This document shows, one piece after another, positions 50,164-59,378 of a stretch of 64,000 bases of DNA. Positions within the stretch are counted from its first letter, which is position 1. Each line of letters begins with the position of its first letter. The translations under genes and the position numbers were made by a program. Origin of the DNA: an uncultured delta proteobacterium. Lineage in GTDB: Bacteria; Myxococcota_A; Polyangia; Polyangiales; Polyangiaceae. Under the pieces are notes generated by a model that worked only from the letters and a program-made list of their open reading frames with translations, had not been told where the DNA came from and searched no databases. The DNA lies in contig CAWAIF010000003.1 of the NCBI GenBank assembly GCA_963782055.1, forward strand, positions 608,001 to 672,000, in the 5' to 3' direction.

Positions 50164-50928
50164 TCAGAACGCCACCCTGACGACCGGCAGCCGGAGCTCG
50201 GGTGTGCGCACCACACCGAACTCCTTGGCCTGGCGCAGCGTGTAGTCGAAGTGCACTTCCGGAACGGGGACGCCCAGGCGGAAGGTGCCCTCGTGCACGT
50301 CGAAGAGGGACAGCGGGATGTAGGGGGGCGCGCCGCCGCCGCCGCCGCCAGTCGTCGGGGCAGGTGCGGGCGCGGGCGTTCCGCCGCCGGTGTCCCCGCC
50401 GGTGGTCGCGCCCCCGGTGGTCGCGCCGCCGGTGGTCGATGCGCCGCCGGTACCGGTGGCGGCCGAGCCGCCGCCCTGCACGACGCTCCCGCCCGGAGTG
50501 CCCGGGTTGGCTTCGGGCGCGTTCGTCGGCGCGTGGTCTTCCGTCGCGCCGGCCTCGGGGTGGTACCGGGTGGCGTTGAGCATCACGACGATGGCCGGGA
50601 TGAGCAGGATCATGCCGCCCGCGAGCATGAACGCCGAGCCGTACGCGTTGGTCCCCGAGCTGTCGTAGGCCTGGTCCATGAAGAAGCCGCCGATGCCGCC
50701 GCCCACCGCTCCGAGGCCAGGGAACAGGGCGTACGCCCAGCCGGCCTTGACGCCGGCGAGGCCCATCGGAATGGTCACGACCTCGGCGCCGAGGAGCGCG
50801 CCGCCGACGATCGCCTTCGGCGTGCCCTGGATCTCGTCGGCCCGCGCGGATGGCGCGTAGGCGACGAGGGCTCCGAGGGTGAAGCTCGCGGTGGTGATGC
50901 CGGTTGCGACGCGCTTGGACAGTCTCAT
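50164..50928 (-). CDS. Exported/membrane hypothetical protein with Gly/Thr-rich linker
   Basis: Signal peptide (ARA-D), Gly-rich hydrophobic helices, GGATT repeats, C-terminal 'VVRVAF'. Confidence 0.7.
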   Translation of the reverse strand: MRLSKRVATGITTASFTLGALVAYAPSARADEIQGTPKAIVGGALLGAEVVTIPMGLAGVKAGWAYALFPGLGAVGGGIGGFFMDQAYDSSGTNAYGSAFMLAGGMILLIPAIVVMLNATRYHPEAGATEDHAPTNAPEANPGTPGGSVVQGGGSAATGTGGASTTGGATTGGATTGGDTGGGTPAPAPAPTTGGGGGGAPPYIPLSLFDVHEGTFRLGVPVPEVHFDYTLRQAKEFGVVRTPELRLPVVRVAF

Positions 50929-51144
50929 GAGCTCTCCCGAGAAGAAGAGGCCGGTGAGGGCAGGAACCCCCACGGCACATCGGTGCGAGAAGGTAGCACG
51001 GTGTTCAAGGGGTACCGCAAGCGTGAACTCCGTGGGCCGAAAAGGGGTGGCGCGGACGGCCACGCCCGCCACGGACAGTCGCGCGCAGCGCGGAAGCTCG
51101 GTCGAGGACGAATGCGCGAACGAAGAGAAAACGGAGCGACCGCT

Positions 51145-51354
51145 CTACGCTTCCTTCTCCGTCTTCACCGCCGGCTTCGGGTCGGGCTTCGGCTCGGGCT
51201 TCTTCTCGTCTTCGTCAGCCTCCTTCAAGCCCTTCTTGAAGTTGGCGATGCCCTGACCGAGGCCCTTGCCAATGTCCGCGATGCGACCCGCCCCGAACAG
51301 AAGAAGCGCGATCAACGCGATGATCAGCAGCTCACCAGGCCCGATGTTGCCCAT
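51145..51354 (-). CDS. tatA: Twin-arginine translocase TatA/E subunit
   Basis: MGNIGPGELLIIALIALLLFGAGRIADIGKGLGQGIANFKKGL. Confidence 0.93.
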   Translation of the reverse strand: MGNIGPGELLIIALIALLLFGAGRIADIGKGLGQGIANFKKGLKEADEDEKKPEPKPDPKPAVKTEKEA

Positions 51355-51409
51355 GCGGGTGTGGTAGCAGCGCACTCATTCGGGGGCAAGGCCTCGAAAT
51401 GCGCGCCGC

Positions 51410-52378
51410 TCAGGCGCGAGCGCTCCACCTGCGGCGTCCCACCCTGACCGCGACGATCTGCGTCAGCCATGTCGCCCCAGCTGCGACGAGCGGGATCACC
51501 GCATACCAGCCCGCGCGGGCGTCGCCGCGCTCGAGCGCGCGCATCACCCCGAGCGCCGCCAGCGGGCCGACCGCGCCGATCACCACCGCAGCGAGGGGCC
51601 CACGGCCCAGCCGTCGGAGCATGCCCTCGGTCGCCAGAAAGGCGGCGATCATCGCGGCGCCGAGGAGCACGAGCGCGCGCAGCCAGGCCGGCGCGCCGGA
51701 GGCCTGCGCCCAGGGCGGCAGCCCGCGCAGGGTCATCTGTCGCACGCGCAGCGCGGTGTGGCCGAGCAGGAGGTCGGCCTCGCGCATGTCGATGCGCCGC
51801 ATGTCACCGGCGATGTGCGCGCCGGCGGCGCAGAACACAGCGCCGCTCATCGCGCCTGGACCGTGACCGTAAAGACGCGGCGTTCGCGCGGGCGCGCAGA
51901 GCCACGTGGCGCCCACGAAGGGCACCGCATACGTCGTCGCAGCAGGTGCCGTCGCGCAGGCGCGCTCGCCCTGGGCGATCAGGTCGTTGGCGATCCGTCC
52001 GGGCGCGGCGGCGTCGCGTCCGCCGAGCAGCGACGCGGCCACCAGCACCGCGGCGAGCGGCAGGGCGCTCCGCCAGAGCCGCAGGGTGGAGCGCGCCGGC
52101 GACTCGCCGAGGAGCGCCAGCACCCGCGCCTCGCCTCGATCGGCGAAGCGTTCGGCGGCCATCGCCCAGCCGAGGGGCCAGCCGAGCAGCACGGCGCTCT
52201 CGACCGCCACCTCGGCGATGCCGCGGGCGAAGGGCATCGCCACGCGCAGCGGGACGCCGGGCTCGAGCAGCCAGGGCAGCACCCGCACGCTTCCGGCGAG
52301 GAGCGCGGCGAGCGCGAGCGCACCGGAGAAGAGCGCCGCCGAACGGAGCGCTTCACGCTGCAGAGGGAGGCGGAGCAC
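51410..52378 (-). CDS. Membrane protein, possibly a divergent LptF/LptG-like permease
   Basis: 3 TM + soluble loop + about 3 TM; 'ERFADRGEARVLALLGESP' resembles the LptF/G coupling helix. Confidence 0.5.
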   Translation of the reverse strand: MLRLPLQREALRSAALFSGALALAALLAGSVRVLPWLLEPGVPLRVAMPFARGIAEVAVESAVLLGWPLGWAMAAERFADRGEARVLALLGESPARSTLRLWRSALPLAAVLVAASLLGGRDAAAPGRIANDLIAQGERACATAPAATTYAVPFVGATWLCAPARTPRLYGHGPGAMSGAVFCAAGAHIAGDMRRIDMREADLLLGHTALRVRQMTLRGLPPWAQASGAPAWLRALVLLGAAMIAAFLATEGMLRRLGRGPLAAVVIGAVGPLAALGVMRALERGDARAGWYAVIPLVAAGATWLTQIVAVRVGRRRWSARA

Positions 52379-52426
52379 CGCCGGCCATCGTAGCGAGGTG
52401 GCGGCGCGACGGGCAGCCTTCGAAGG

Positions 52427-52606
52427 CTAGGCCTTCCCCTCGGGCGCCTTCTCCGGCTCGTCCTCGGTCGCCTCTCGCAGGCCCTTCTTGAAGTTGCGGA
52501 TGCCCTCGCCGAGTCCCTTGCCGACGGAGGCCAGCCGTCCGGCCCCGAAGAGCAGGAGGGCGATCAGAGCAATGACGAGCAGCTCACCCGGTCCGAGATT
52601 TCCCAT
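52427..52606 (-). CDS. tatA: Second TatA/E subunit (59 aa, absent from the ORF track)
   Basis: Hand translation MGNLGPGELLVIALIALLLFGAGRLASVGKGLGEGIRNFKKGLREATEDEPEKAPEGKA*; AAAGGTG upstream. Confidence 0.93.
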   Translation of the reverse strand: MGNLGPGELLVIALIALLLFGAGRLASVGKGLGEGIRNFKKGLREATEDEPEKAPEGKA

Positions 52607-52965
52607 GGCGACACCTTTCTTCTTCGAGCCCCTCGGTGCACGACTCGTGCCCGGGAACCCGGATCGTTAGCATGCTCGTCGTCGACCCGCCGGATGGGAG
52701 GGGCCGGCTCGCCCACCGGGCAGCCGGTCCGATCGTCAGCCGGCTAGCGATCGCGCCAAAGCCCGGGTTTTCCCACGCGAGCGGCCAGGCCCGCTTCCCG
52801 ACCGCCAGCGTGCTCGCGATCCGATGAGCCGGGCCGCAGCCGGGGCAGGGAGCCTTGCTCGCCGCCAGGACCGCCCCACCTGCGCCCATCCGAGGGGGAT
52901 CCCCCTCCATCCGCACCTGGATCCCCGGGTAGTCACCTGCCACGCGATGCGTTAGAAGGACCTTC

Positions 52966-54198
52966 GTGTCCCACGCCCTCGCGAAGCGCCTGTCCGCCGT
53001 CGCGCCGAGCGTCACCCTCGCGATGAACGCGCGCGCCGCAGAGCTGCGGCAGAAGGGCTTCGACGTCTTTGCCTTCGGCGTGGGCGAGCCCGATTTCGAT
53101 CCCCCTCCGTACGTGATGGAGGCCGCGAAGCGGGCGATCGACCAGGGCGCGCACAAGTACACGGCCGTCACCGGCGTCCTTCCCCTCCGCCAGGCCATCT
53201 GCGACGCCGCGGCCCGCTGGCGCGGCTACCAGCCCGCGCCCAACCAGGTCATCGTGACCGTCGGCGCCAAGCACGCGCTCTTCAACATCGCCCTCGCGCT
53301 CTACGAGCAGGGCGACGAGGTGCTCATCCCGGCGCCATGCTGGGTGAGCTACCCCGAGCAGGTGCGCCTCATGGGCGCGACGCCGGTCATCGTGCCCACG
53401 AAGGAGTCGGAGGGCTGGCGCATGTCGCCCGAGTCGCTCCGCGCCGCGCTCACCCCGCGCACCAAGGCGGTCGTGCTGTGCACGCCGTCCAATCCGACAG
53501 GGGCGGCCTATGACGAGGCCGGCCTGCGCGCGCTGCTCGACGTGCTCCGCGAGCACGACTGCTGGATCATCGTCGACGAGATCTACGCCGAGCTGGTCTA
53601 CGACGGCTTCAAGCCGGTCTCGGTCGCCAAGCTCGCCCCCGAGCTCGCCGATCGCATCGTCATCGTGGACGGCGCGGCGAAGACGTACGCCATGACGGGT
53701 TGGCGCATCGGCTGGGCGATCGGCCCGCGCCCGCTCATCGCCGCGATGGATGTCATCCAGGGGCAGAGCACCACCAACGCCACCGCCGTCGCGCAGTACG
53801 CCGCCATCGCCGCCCTCAACGGCCCGCGCGACGCGATCGAGGCGATGCGCCAGAAGTTCGAGCGCCGGCGCGACGTGATGGTGGCCGGCCTCGAGAGCCT
53901 CCCTGGTGTGCGCTGCCGCAAGCCGGAGGGCGCGTTCTACGCCTTCGCCGATTGCCGCGGGCTGTACGGCATCGAGCACGACGGCAAGGCGATCGCGAGT
54001 GACGAGGACGTCGCCTTCTTCCTGCTGGACAAGGCGCACGTCGCCGCCGTCCCCGGCACGCCCTTCCACGGCCCGGGCTACGTGCGCTTCTCCTACGCCA
54101 CGAGCGAGGAGCGCATCCTGGCGGGCATCGAGGCCATCAAGCGCGCCGTCGCCGCCGCGCCGCGCCTGTCCAATCCGCCGGCGACCGCCACCGGCTGA
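52966..54198 (+). CDS. Class I PLP-dependent aminotransferase (aspartate aminotransferase-like)
   Basis: GEPDF, GAKHAL, PSNPTG, DEIY, AKTYAMTGWRIG, PEGAFY. Confidence 0.95.
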   Translation: MSHALAKRLSAVAPSVTLAMNARAAELRQKGFDVFAFGVGEPDFDPPPYVMEAAKRAIDQGAHKYTAVTGVLPLRQAICDAAARWRGYQPAPNQVIVTVGAKHALFNIALALYEQGDEVLIPAPCWVSYPEQVRLMGATPVIVPTKESEGWRMSPESLRAALTPRTKAVVLCTPSNPTGAAYDEAGLRALLDVLREHDCWIIVDEIYAELVYDGFKPVSVAKLAPELADRIVIVDGAAKTYAMTGWRIGWAIGPRPLIAAMDVIQGQSTTNATAVAQYAAIAALNGPRDAIEAMRQKFERRRDVMVAGLESLPGVRCRKPEGAFYAFADCRGLYGIEHDGKAIASDEDVAFFLLDKAHVAAVPGTPFHGPGYVRFSYATSEERILAGIEAIKRAVAAAPRLSNPPATATG

Positions 54199-54278
54199 CG
54201 GGCGCCCACCACCGCCAGTCCGCTCACGCGGTTCTTGCGCTTCTCCCGCCTGCCTGGAAAGCGTCGCAAGTCCCCGGA

Positions 54279-54324
54279 GCCCGACGCGTCGCGGAGGGCC
54301 CGCGTGAGGAGGGGCGGCGCGTGC
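54279..54324 (-). repeat. Modular intergenic repeat, copy 2
   Basis: Shares about 35 bp with 48292-48326 and GGAGGGGCGGCGCGTGC (54308-54324) with 55836-55852. Confidence 0.7.
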
Positions 54325-54484
54325 GCCCTCCAGTCGAAAGGTGTGTGCGGGTGCTACCCCTTGATAACCGCCCAGGTTCGGGGCCAGTCTAGATGCAAAC
54401 CAGCCCACCACCGTCCAACGCTGGGGTGCGCGTACGTCGGGCCGGGAAACCGGCGGCTTGCACTTCATCAAAGGAGCTTTCCTC

Positions 54485-55753
54485 ATGGCGATTTCTCGGA
54501 AACTTAAATTCGGCGTGCTCGCCGTAGCGGCCGTGGTCATCCCGGTCGTGACCAACGGCTGCAGCGCCGTCCAGAACGCACAGAACTCCCTCTGCTGTCC
54601 GGAGTTCCAGCCCGGCGGCGACATGACCGCGGTGGCCGCGAAGGCCGACGTCTCGGTCCGTGGCAACGTCTACGCGATCGCGCAGGCGAGCGGCGACCTC
54701 ATCGCGCTGGCCAACCAGGCCGCCGCCGACGTCACCACCGCCTGCCGCAACATCGCCGTCGACCTCGGCACCGATCCCCTGAGCTACACCCAGGACCCGA
54801 ACTCCACGACGCCCGCCTCCGACGCGCTCACCTACTGGTGCGGAGCTGCTCAGACCGATCTCGGCACGGCGCTCAAGGGTGTCACCCTCACCGCCACCTT
54901 CGACCCGCCCCAGTGCACCGCCAGCATCCAGGCGCAGGCCGACTGCCAGGCGCGATGCGACGTCAGTGGCAAGTGCGACATCAAGGCCAACCCGCCGACC
55001 TGCACGGGCGGCACGCTGGAGGTGGAGTGCAAGGGCGACTGCGACGTCACCGCCAAGGCCCCCACGATCGACTGCGAGGGTAGCTGCACCGGCATGTGCT
55101 CCGGCACCTGCCAGGCGCAGGGCTCGACCGCGGTCGAGTGCGACGGCACCTGCGACGGCACCTGCGCCGCGGGCAAGCAGGGCTCCGGCATCCAGGCGGA
55201 CGGGAGCTGCAAGGGTACGTGCAGCGGCACCTGCCACCTGCGCAGCACCGCGAAGGTGAGCTGCCAGGGGAGCTGCTCCGGCACCTGCGACGCCAAGTGC
55301 ACCACCACGCCGGGTCAGGTCTCCTGCAAGTGCTCCGGCTCCTGCAGCGCCGACTACCAGCCGCTCGAGTGCAAGGGCGGCAAGCTGGAGGGCGGCTGCC
55401 AGGTCGACGCGCAGTGCCAGGCCAACTGCAACGCGAGCGTCCAGGCCCGCGCCGAGTGCACCCCGCCGAAGGTCAGCGTCTCGCTCACCGGCGGCACCGA
55501 CCTCACCGCGGTCGAGCGCACGCTGGAGCAGAACCTGCCGATCATCATCACCATCGTGAAGGCTCGCGGCCAGCAGGCGGCGGACCTCATCCAGACCATC
55601 CTGCAATCGGCCGGGTCGATCCAGGGCACGGTCAACGCGGACACGGTCGGCTGCTTCACGGCGATGATCGCCCAGCTGCAGACCGCCCAGGTGAACTTCA
55701 AGGCCACCCTCAACGGGTCGACCGGGATCCTCACCGCGACGAACGTCAAGTAA
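54485..55753 (+). CDS. Cys-rich lipoprotein with CxGxCxGxC repeats
   Basis: AAAGGAG RBS; lipobox TNGC; repeats CEGSCTGMCSGTC, CDGTCDGTC, CKGTCSGTC, CQGSCSGTC flanked by helical domains. Confidence 0.85.
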   Translation: MAISRKLKFGVLAVAAVVIPVVTNGCSAVQNAQNSLCCPEFQPGGDMTAVAAKADVSVRGNVYAIAQASGDLIALANQAAADVTTACRNIAVDLGTDPLSYTQDPNSTTPASDALTYWCGAAQTDLGTALKGVTLTATFDPPQCTASIQAQADCQARCDVSGKCDIKANPPTCTGGTLEVECKGDCDVTAKAPTIDCEGSCTGMCSGTCQAQGSTAVECDGTCDGTCAAGKQGSGIQADGSCKGTCSGTCHLRSTAKVSCQGSCSGTCDAKCTTTPGQVSCKCSGSCSADYQPLECKGGKLEGGCQVDAQCQANCNASVQARAECTPPKVSVSLTGGTDLTAVERTLEQNLPIIITIVKARGQQAADLIQTILQSAGSIQGTVNADTVGCFTAMIAQLQTAQVNFKATLNGSTGILTATNVK

Positions 55754-55835
55754 GACGCTCGCGTCCCGGACGAAGGCGTGCCGCTTCACCGCGGCGCGCC
55801 TTCTCCATTTTGTGCCCGCCCAATCACCTGGGCGG

Positions 55836-55900
55836 GGAGGGGCGGCGCGTGCCGCGCCTCCCGGACGAGTCCTTCCGTGAGCGAAGCTCACATCCTCTCA
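55836..55900 (-). repeat. Modular intergenic repeat, copy 3
   Basis: 24-bp exact match to 48234-48257 and 17-bp exact match to 54308-54324. Confidence 0.8.
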
Positions 55901-57988
55901 ATTCGGAGGCGCCTCCGAGCAGACGTGGTTGATGCACGTCACGCCCTGCGCGGCGTTGCAGCAGTCCGCCGTCGAGTCGCAGTGGTCGCCGTTCTGCGAG
56001 CAGTTGCCCGTCTTGGGGGAGCACACCGGCGCGCCCCCGTCGGCTCCCTGATCGCAGTAGCCGCCGCAGCACTCGGTGCCCGACTGGCACCCCTGCCCGT
56101 CCTGCTTGCACGGGTCGAGCGCCCAGAAGCCGCGCATGTTGATCGAGTCGATCGCCTGGCCGGGGAGGCGGAAGGGCGGGTGGCTCGGGTCCTTGCCCGG
56201 CGTCGGCGACTGGTCGATCGCGGCCACCCAGAGCTGCTTGACCTGGTCCTTGGTGCCGAGGAGCGCGTTGCCGTAGGTGCGGCGGCTGGTGAACACGACC
56301 CAGAAGAAGCCGCCCGACGCGACGGGCGCGAAGGTCGGCTCGAAGTTCCACGACAGATCGCGCGAGCCCGCCGCGAAGGGGTAGCCGTCGCCGTCGAGCG
56401 CCGCCAGGCGCACCTCGCTGTTCGCGGTCTGCGTGCTGGCGACGTACAGGTCGCTGGTGCCGTAGCGCGTGTCGGCCGAGGGGCCGCGGCCGTAGATGAC
56501 CCACTTGCCGTCGGGCGCGACGGTGGGCCACAGGATGCGGTTGTTCGGGTCGCTGCCGGTCGCGACGAGCAACCGGTCGTTGGAGGCCATCGGGCTGGCC
56601 TTGGCGTCGAAGTCCACCGCGCGCAGGTCACCCGGCTGGGGGATGTTCCATCCCTGGGGCCAGGACGCCGGGTCGCCGGAGTTGACGTACGCGATGAGGG
56701 ACCCCTCCGGCGACCACGACGGCATGGCGGACAGCTTGCCGTCCAGGCCGCTGCTGGCCACCTTCGCGCCGCTCTGCGTGTCGTACAGGCTCTCGAAGCC
56801 TCCCGGCCCGCCCGAGGCCAGGCTCAGCCCGACGGCCATGGTGTTGGTCAGCATGTACTTTCCGTCGGGCGAGACGGCGGAGTTGCTCCACTGCACCGAC
56901 TGCCACTGCGTGGCCGCGTTGCCCGCGCCCCACGTGCCGCCGGTGTAGTGGACCGGCTGGCCGGCCTTCAGGTCGTACGAGCCGCCGTAGGTGCCGCCGC
57001 CGGAGACGATCGTCGAGCCGTCCGCCGACACCGTGTGGCACGTCATCAGGCAGCTCGACTGCACGTACTGGTTGCCGTCGTTGAGCGGCGCCTTGTAGGC
57101 GAAGTCGTCCGGGGCGGAGGCGCCGGGCTTGATGCGCATGACGCGGCCCAGGTTGTTGGCCCAGTAGTAGATGGTCCCGCGCATCGACTGGGGGGCGATG
57201 GTCCACTTCTGCTGCGTGACCACCGTCGCGTTGGAGCCGTCGTAGCGGGAGACGAAGAGGTCCGCCTTGCCGCTCGTCGAGTCGGTGAACTTGCGCCACA
57301 GGGTGTCGTCGAAGGCGAACTGCGAGGGCGGCGGCGCCTTGGCGAAGGACTCCAGCTCGAAGTACGGGCTGGTGAGGTGGACGTAGTACTGGTCGTTCGC
57401 CCCGCCGCCGTTCCACATGAGCGGGGTGGCGAGCAGGCCGCGCGGGAAGACCGTCTTGTCGTAGGGGTACGCCCACACGCACGACTTGTCCGGCGAGGTC
57501 GCGCCCTTCAGCGCCGACTGCGCGCCCGCAGGCACGTTGCCCGGGTTCACCTGGTACTGCAGCTTGATGGTCAGCTGCGCCGTGCCCTTCTGGCCCTGGT
57601 AGGCGGCGGTGATGGTGACGGGGCCGCCCACGTCGGTGGAGGGCGTGAAGATGCCGGTGGCGTCGATGGTGCCTGCGGCGGGGTAGTTGGCGGTCCAGGT
57701 GGGCGCGGGGATGGGCTGCTTGGTGCCGTCGGCGTAGTTGGCGAACGCGGCGAAGGCCTGGGTGATCACCTGATCGTTGACGATGGTGATCGTCGCGGTG
57801 GGCGGGTCCACCGTGATGCTCTTCAGGTCGTGGTTGCCGTTGTTGAACGGGTCGCTCTCGTTGCCGCCGTCCAGGCCGTTGCCGTTGTTGTTGCCGTTGT
57901 CGTCACCGCTGCTGCCGCACGCGGCGAGGCCGCCGGCCACGGCCACCGCCACCACGACAAGCACCGTCGCGCCCAGACGTCGGATCAT
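55898..57988 (-). CDS. Lipoprotein with Ig-like domain, TolB/PD40-like beta-propeller and Cys-rich C-terminus
   Basis: Lipobox LAAC; 'VSPDGKY', 'PSWSPEG', 'PTVAPDGKW', 'EPTFAP'; C-terminal C..CC..C modules. Alternative start at 57994. Confidence 0.8.
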   Translation of the reverse strand: MIRRLGATVLVVVAVAVAGGLAACGSSGDDNGNNNGNGLDGGNESDPFNNGNHDLKSITVDPPTATITIVNDQVITQAFAAFANYADGTKQPIPAPTWTANYPAAGTIDATGIFTPSTDVGGPVTITAAYQGQKGTAQLTIKLQYQVNPGNVPAGAQSALKGATSPDKSCVWAYPYDKTVFPRGLLATPLMWNGGGANDQYYVHLTSPYFELESFAKAPPPSQFAFDDTLWRKFTDSTSGKADLFVSRYDGSNATVVTQQKWTIAPQSMRGTIYYWANNLGRVMRIKPGASAPDDFAYKAPLNDGNQYVQSSCLMTCHTVSADGSTIVSGGGTYGGSYDLKAGQPVHYTGGTWGAGNAATQWQSVQWSNSAVSPDGKYMLTNTMAVGLSLASGGPGGFESLYDTQSGAKVASSGLDGKLSAMPSWSPEGSLIAYVNSGDPASWPQGWNIPQPGDLRAVDFDAKASPMASNDRLLVATGSDPNNRILWPTVAPDGKWVIYGRGPSADTRYGTSDLYVASTQTANSEVRLAALDGDGYPFAAGSRDLSWNFEPTFAPVASGGFFWVVFTSRRTYGNALLGTKDQVKQLWVAAIDQSPTPGKDPSHPPFRLPGQAIDSINMRGFWALDPCKQDGQGCQSGTECCGGYCDQGADGGAPVCSPKTGNCSQNGDHCDSTADCCNAAQGVTCINHVCSEAPPN

Positions 57989-58258
57989 CCACATGTCGGC
58001 TCTCCCTGCACGCACCACGCCACAGTGTGGCTACAATATTTCAGCGAAAGGCGAAGGACCGCAAGGGTCGGAAGGGACGCACCTGGGGATCCAGGGATCC
58101 ACCTGTCACGTGCGCAGACTCGCAAGTAGAAGGCATTTTGGCCGGATCGCGTGAGGCGCCGTCGCAAAGAGACATGGTGGGGACGCGCCGGCCGACCTGG
58201 GGGCGCCGGGCCCCGCGCCGGCTTGACGGATCCGACCGCGCGGCCTACGAGCCACCCC

Positions 58259-59374
58259 ATGACGACGCTCGAAGAACGCGTGACCGAGGCGCTGGGCAAG
58301 GTCAAGCACCCCACCCTCGATCAGAGCCTGACGGCTCTGGGCCTCGTGACCGGCGTGGCCAGCAGCGAGGGCAACGTGACGGTGACCCTCCGGCTGGAGG
58401 GTGGCGAGGGCGCGCTGCGCGAGACGCTCGGCGGCGCCGTCCGCGCGGCGGCCGGCGCGGTCGAGGGCGCGAAGGGGGTGGAGGTGAAGTGGGAAGAGGA
58501 GGTGCCCGCCCGCGCCCTCGCCCCGGACGACCCGCTGCCGGAGGTGCGCAACGTCATCCTGGTCATGAGCGGCAAGGGAGGCGTGGGCAAGAGCACCACC
58601 GCCGCCAACCTGACCCTGGCGCTCCATCGCGCGGGCTACCGCGTCGGGTTGCTGGACGCCGACATCTACGGCCCGTCCATCCCCACCATGCTGGGCGTGA
58701 CCGGGCGGCCGGTGTCGCTGGACGGCAAGACGATCGAGCCGCTGACGCGCTTCGGCGTGAAGCTGATGAGCATCGGCTTCCTGCTGGAGGACCCCAAGGC
58801 CGCCGTCGTGTGGCGCGGGCCGATGCTCCACGGCGCGCTCCAGCAGTTCCTGAAGGACGTCAACTGGGGGCCGCTGGACTACCTGATCCTCGACCTGCCG
58901 CCCGGCACCGGCGACGTCGCGCTCACCCTCTCGCAGCGGGTGAAGTCGACCGGCGCCGTCATCGTCACCACGCCGCAGCCCGTGGCCACCGACGACGTCT
59001 TCAAGTCGGTGAGCATGTGCGAGAAGGTGTCGATCCCCATTCTCGGCGTCGTGGAGAACATGAGCTACTTCGTCGACACCGCGGGCGTGCGCCACGAGCT
59101 CTTCGGCAAGGGCGGCGGGCAGGCGGTGGCCGATTTCGCCAAGGCGCCGCTCCTCGGCCAGATCCCCATCGATCAGAGCGTCCGGGAGTGGGGCGACAAG
59201 GGGACGCCGGTGGTGCAGGCCGCGCCCGGCAGCGCCATCGCGAAGAGCTTCGTGGAGCTGGCGGAGCGGCTCGCCGACGTCGTCGCCACGCGCAACGCGG
59301 GCGAGGAGGCCGGCCCGGTGATCGACCGCAGCGGCGGCAAGGGCGGCAAGCGGCGCCTCCCCGTCGCTCGCTGA
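58259..59374 (+). CDS. mrp: Mrp/ApbC (NBP35-family) ATPase with N-terminal DUF59-like region
   Basis: SGKGGVGKST, DADIYGPS, WRGPM, DLPPGTGD, VTTPQ, ENMS. Confidence 0.93.
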   Translation: MTTLEERVTEALGKVKHPTLDQSLTALGLVTGVASSEGNVTVTLRLEGGEGALRETLGGAVRAAAGAVEGAKGVEVKWEEEVPARALAPDDPLPEVRNVILVMSGKGGVGKSTTAANLTLALHRAGYRVGLLDADIYGPSIPTMLGVTGRPVSLDGKTIEPLTRFGVKLMSIGFLLEDPKAAVVWRGPMLHGALQQFLKDVNWGPLDYLILDLPPGTGDVALTLSQRVKSTGAVIVTTPQPVATDDVFKSVSMCEKVSIPILGVVENMSYFVDTAGVRHELFGKGGGQAVADFAKAPLLGQIPIDQSVREWGDKGTPVVQAAPGSAIAKSFVELAERLADVVATRNAGEEAGPVIDRSGGKGGKRRLPVAR

Positions 59375-59378
59375 CGTC

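Noticed and set aside
58040..58110. Possible riboswitch or SRP-like RNA (GNRA-type hairpins such as GACC-GCAA-GGGTC) between the propeller gene and mrp
   Set aside because: It does not match the c-di-GMP-I or SRP consensus by eye; an Infernal scan would be needed to support any call.
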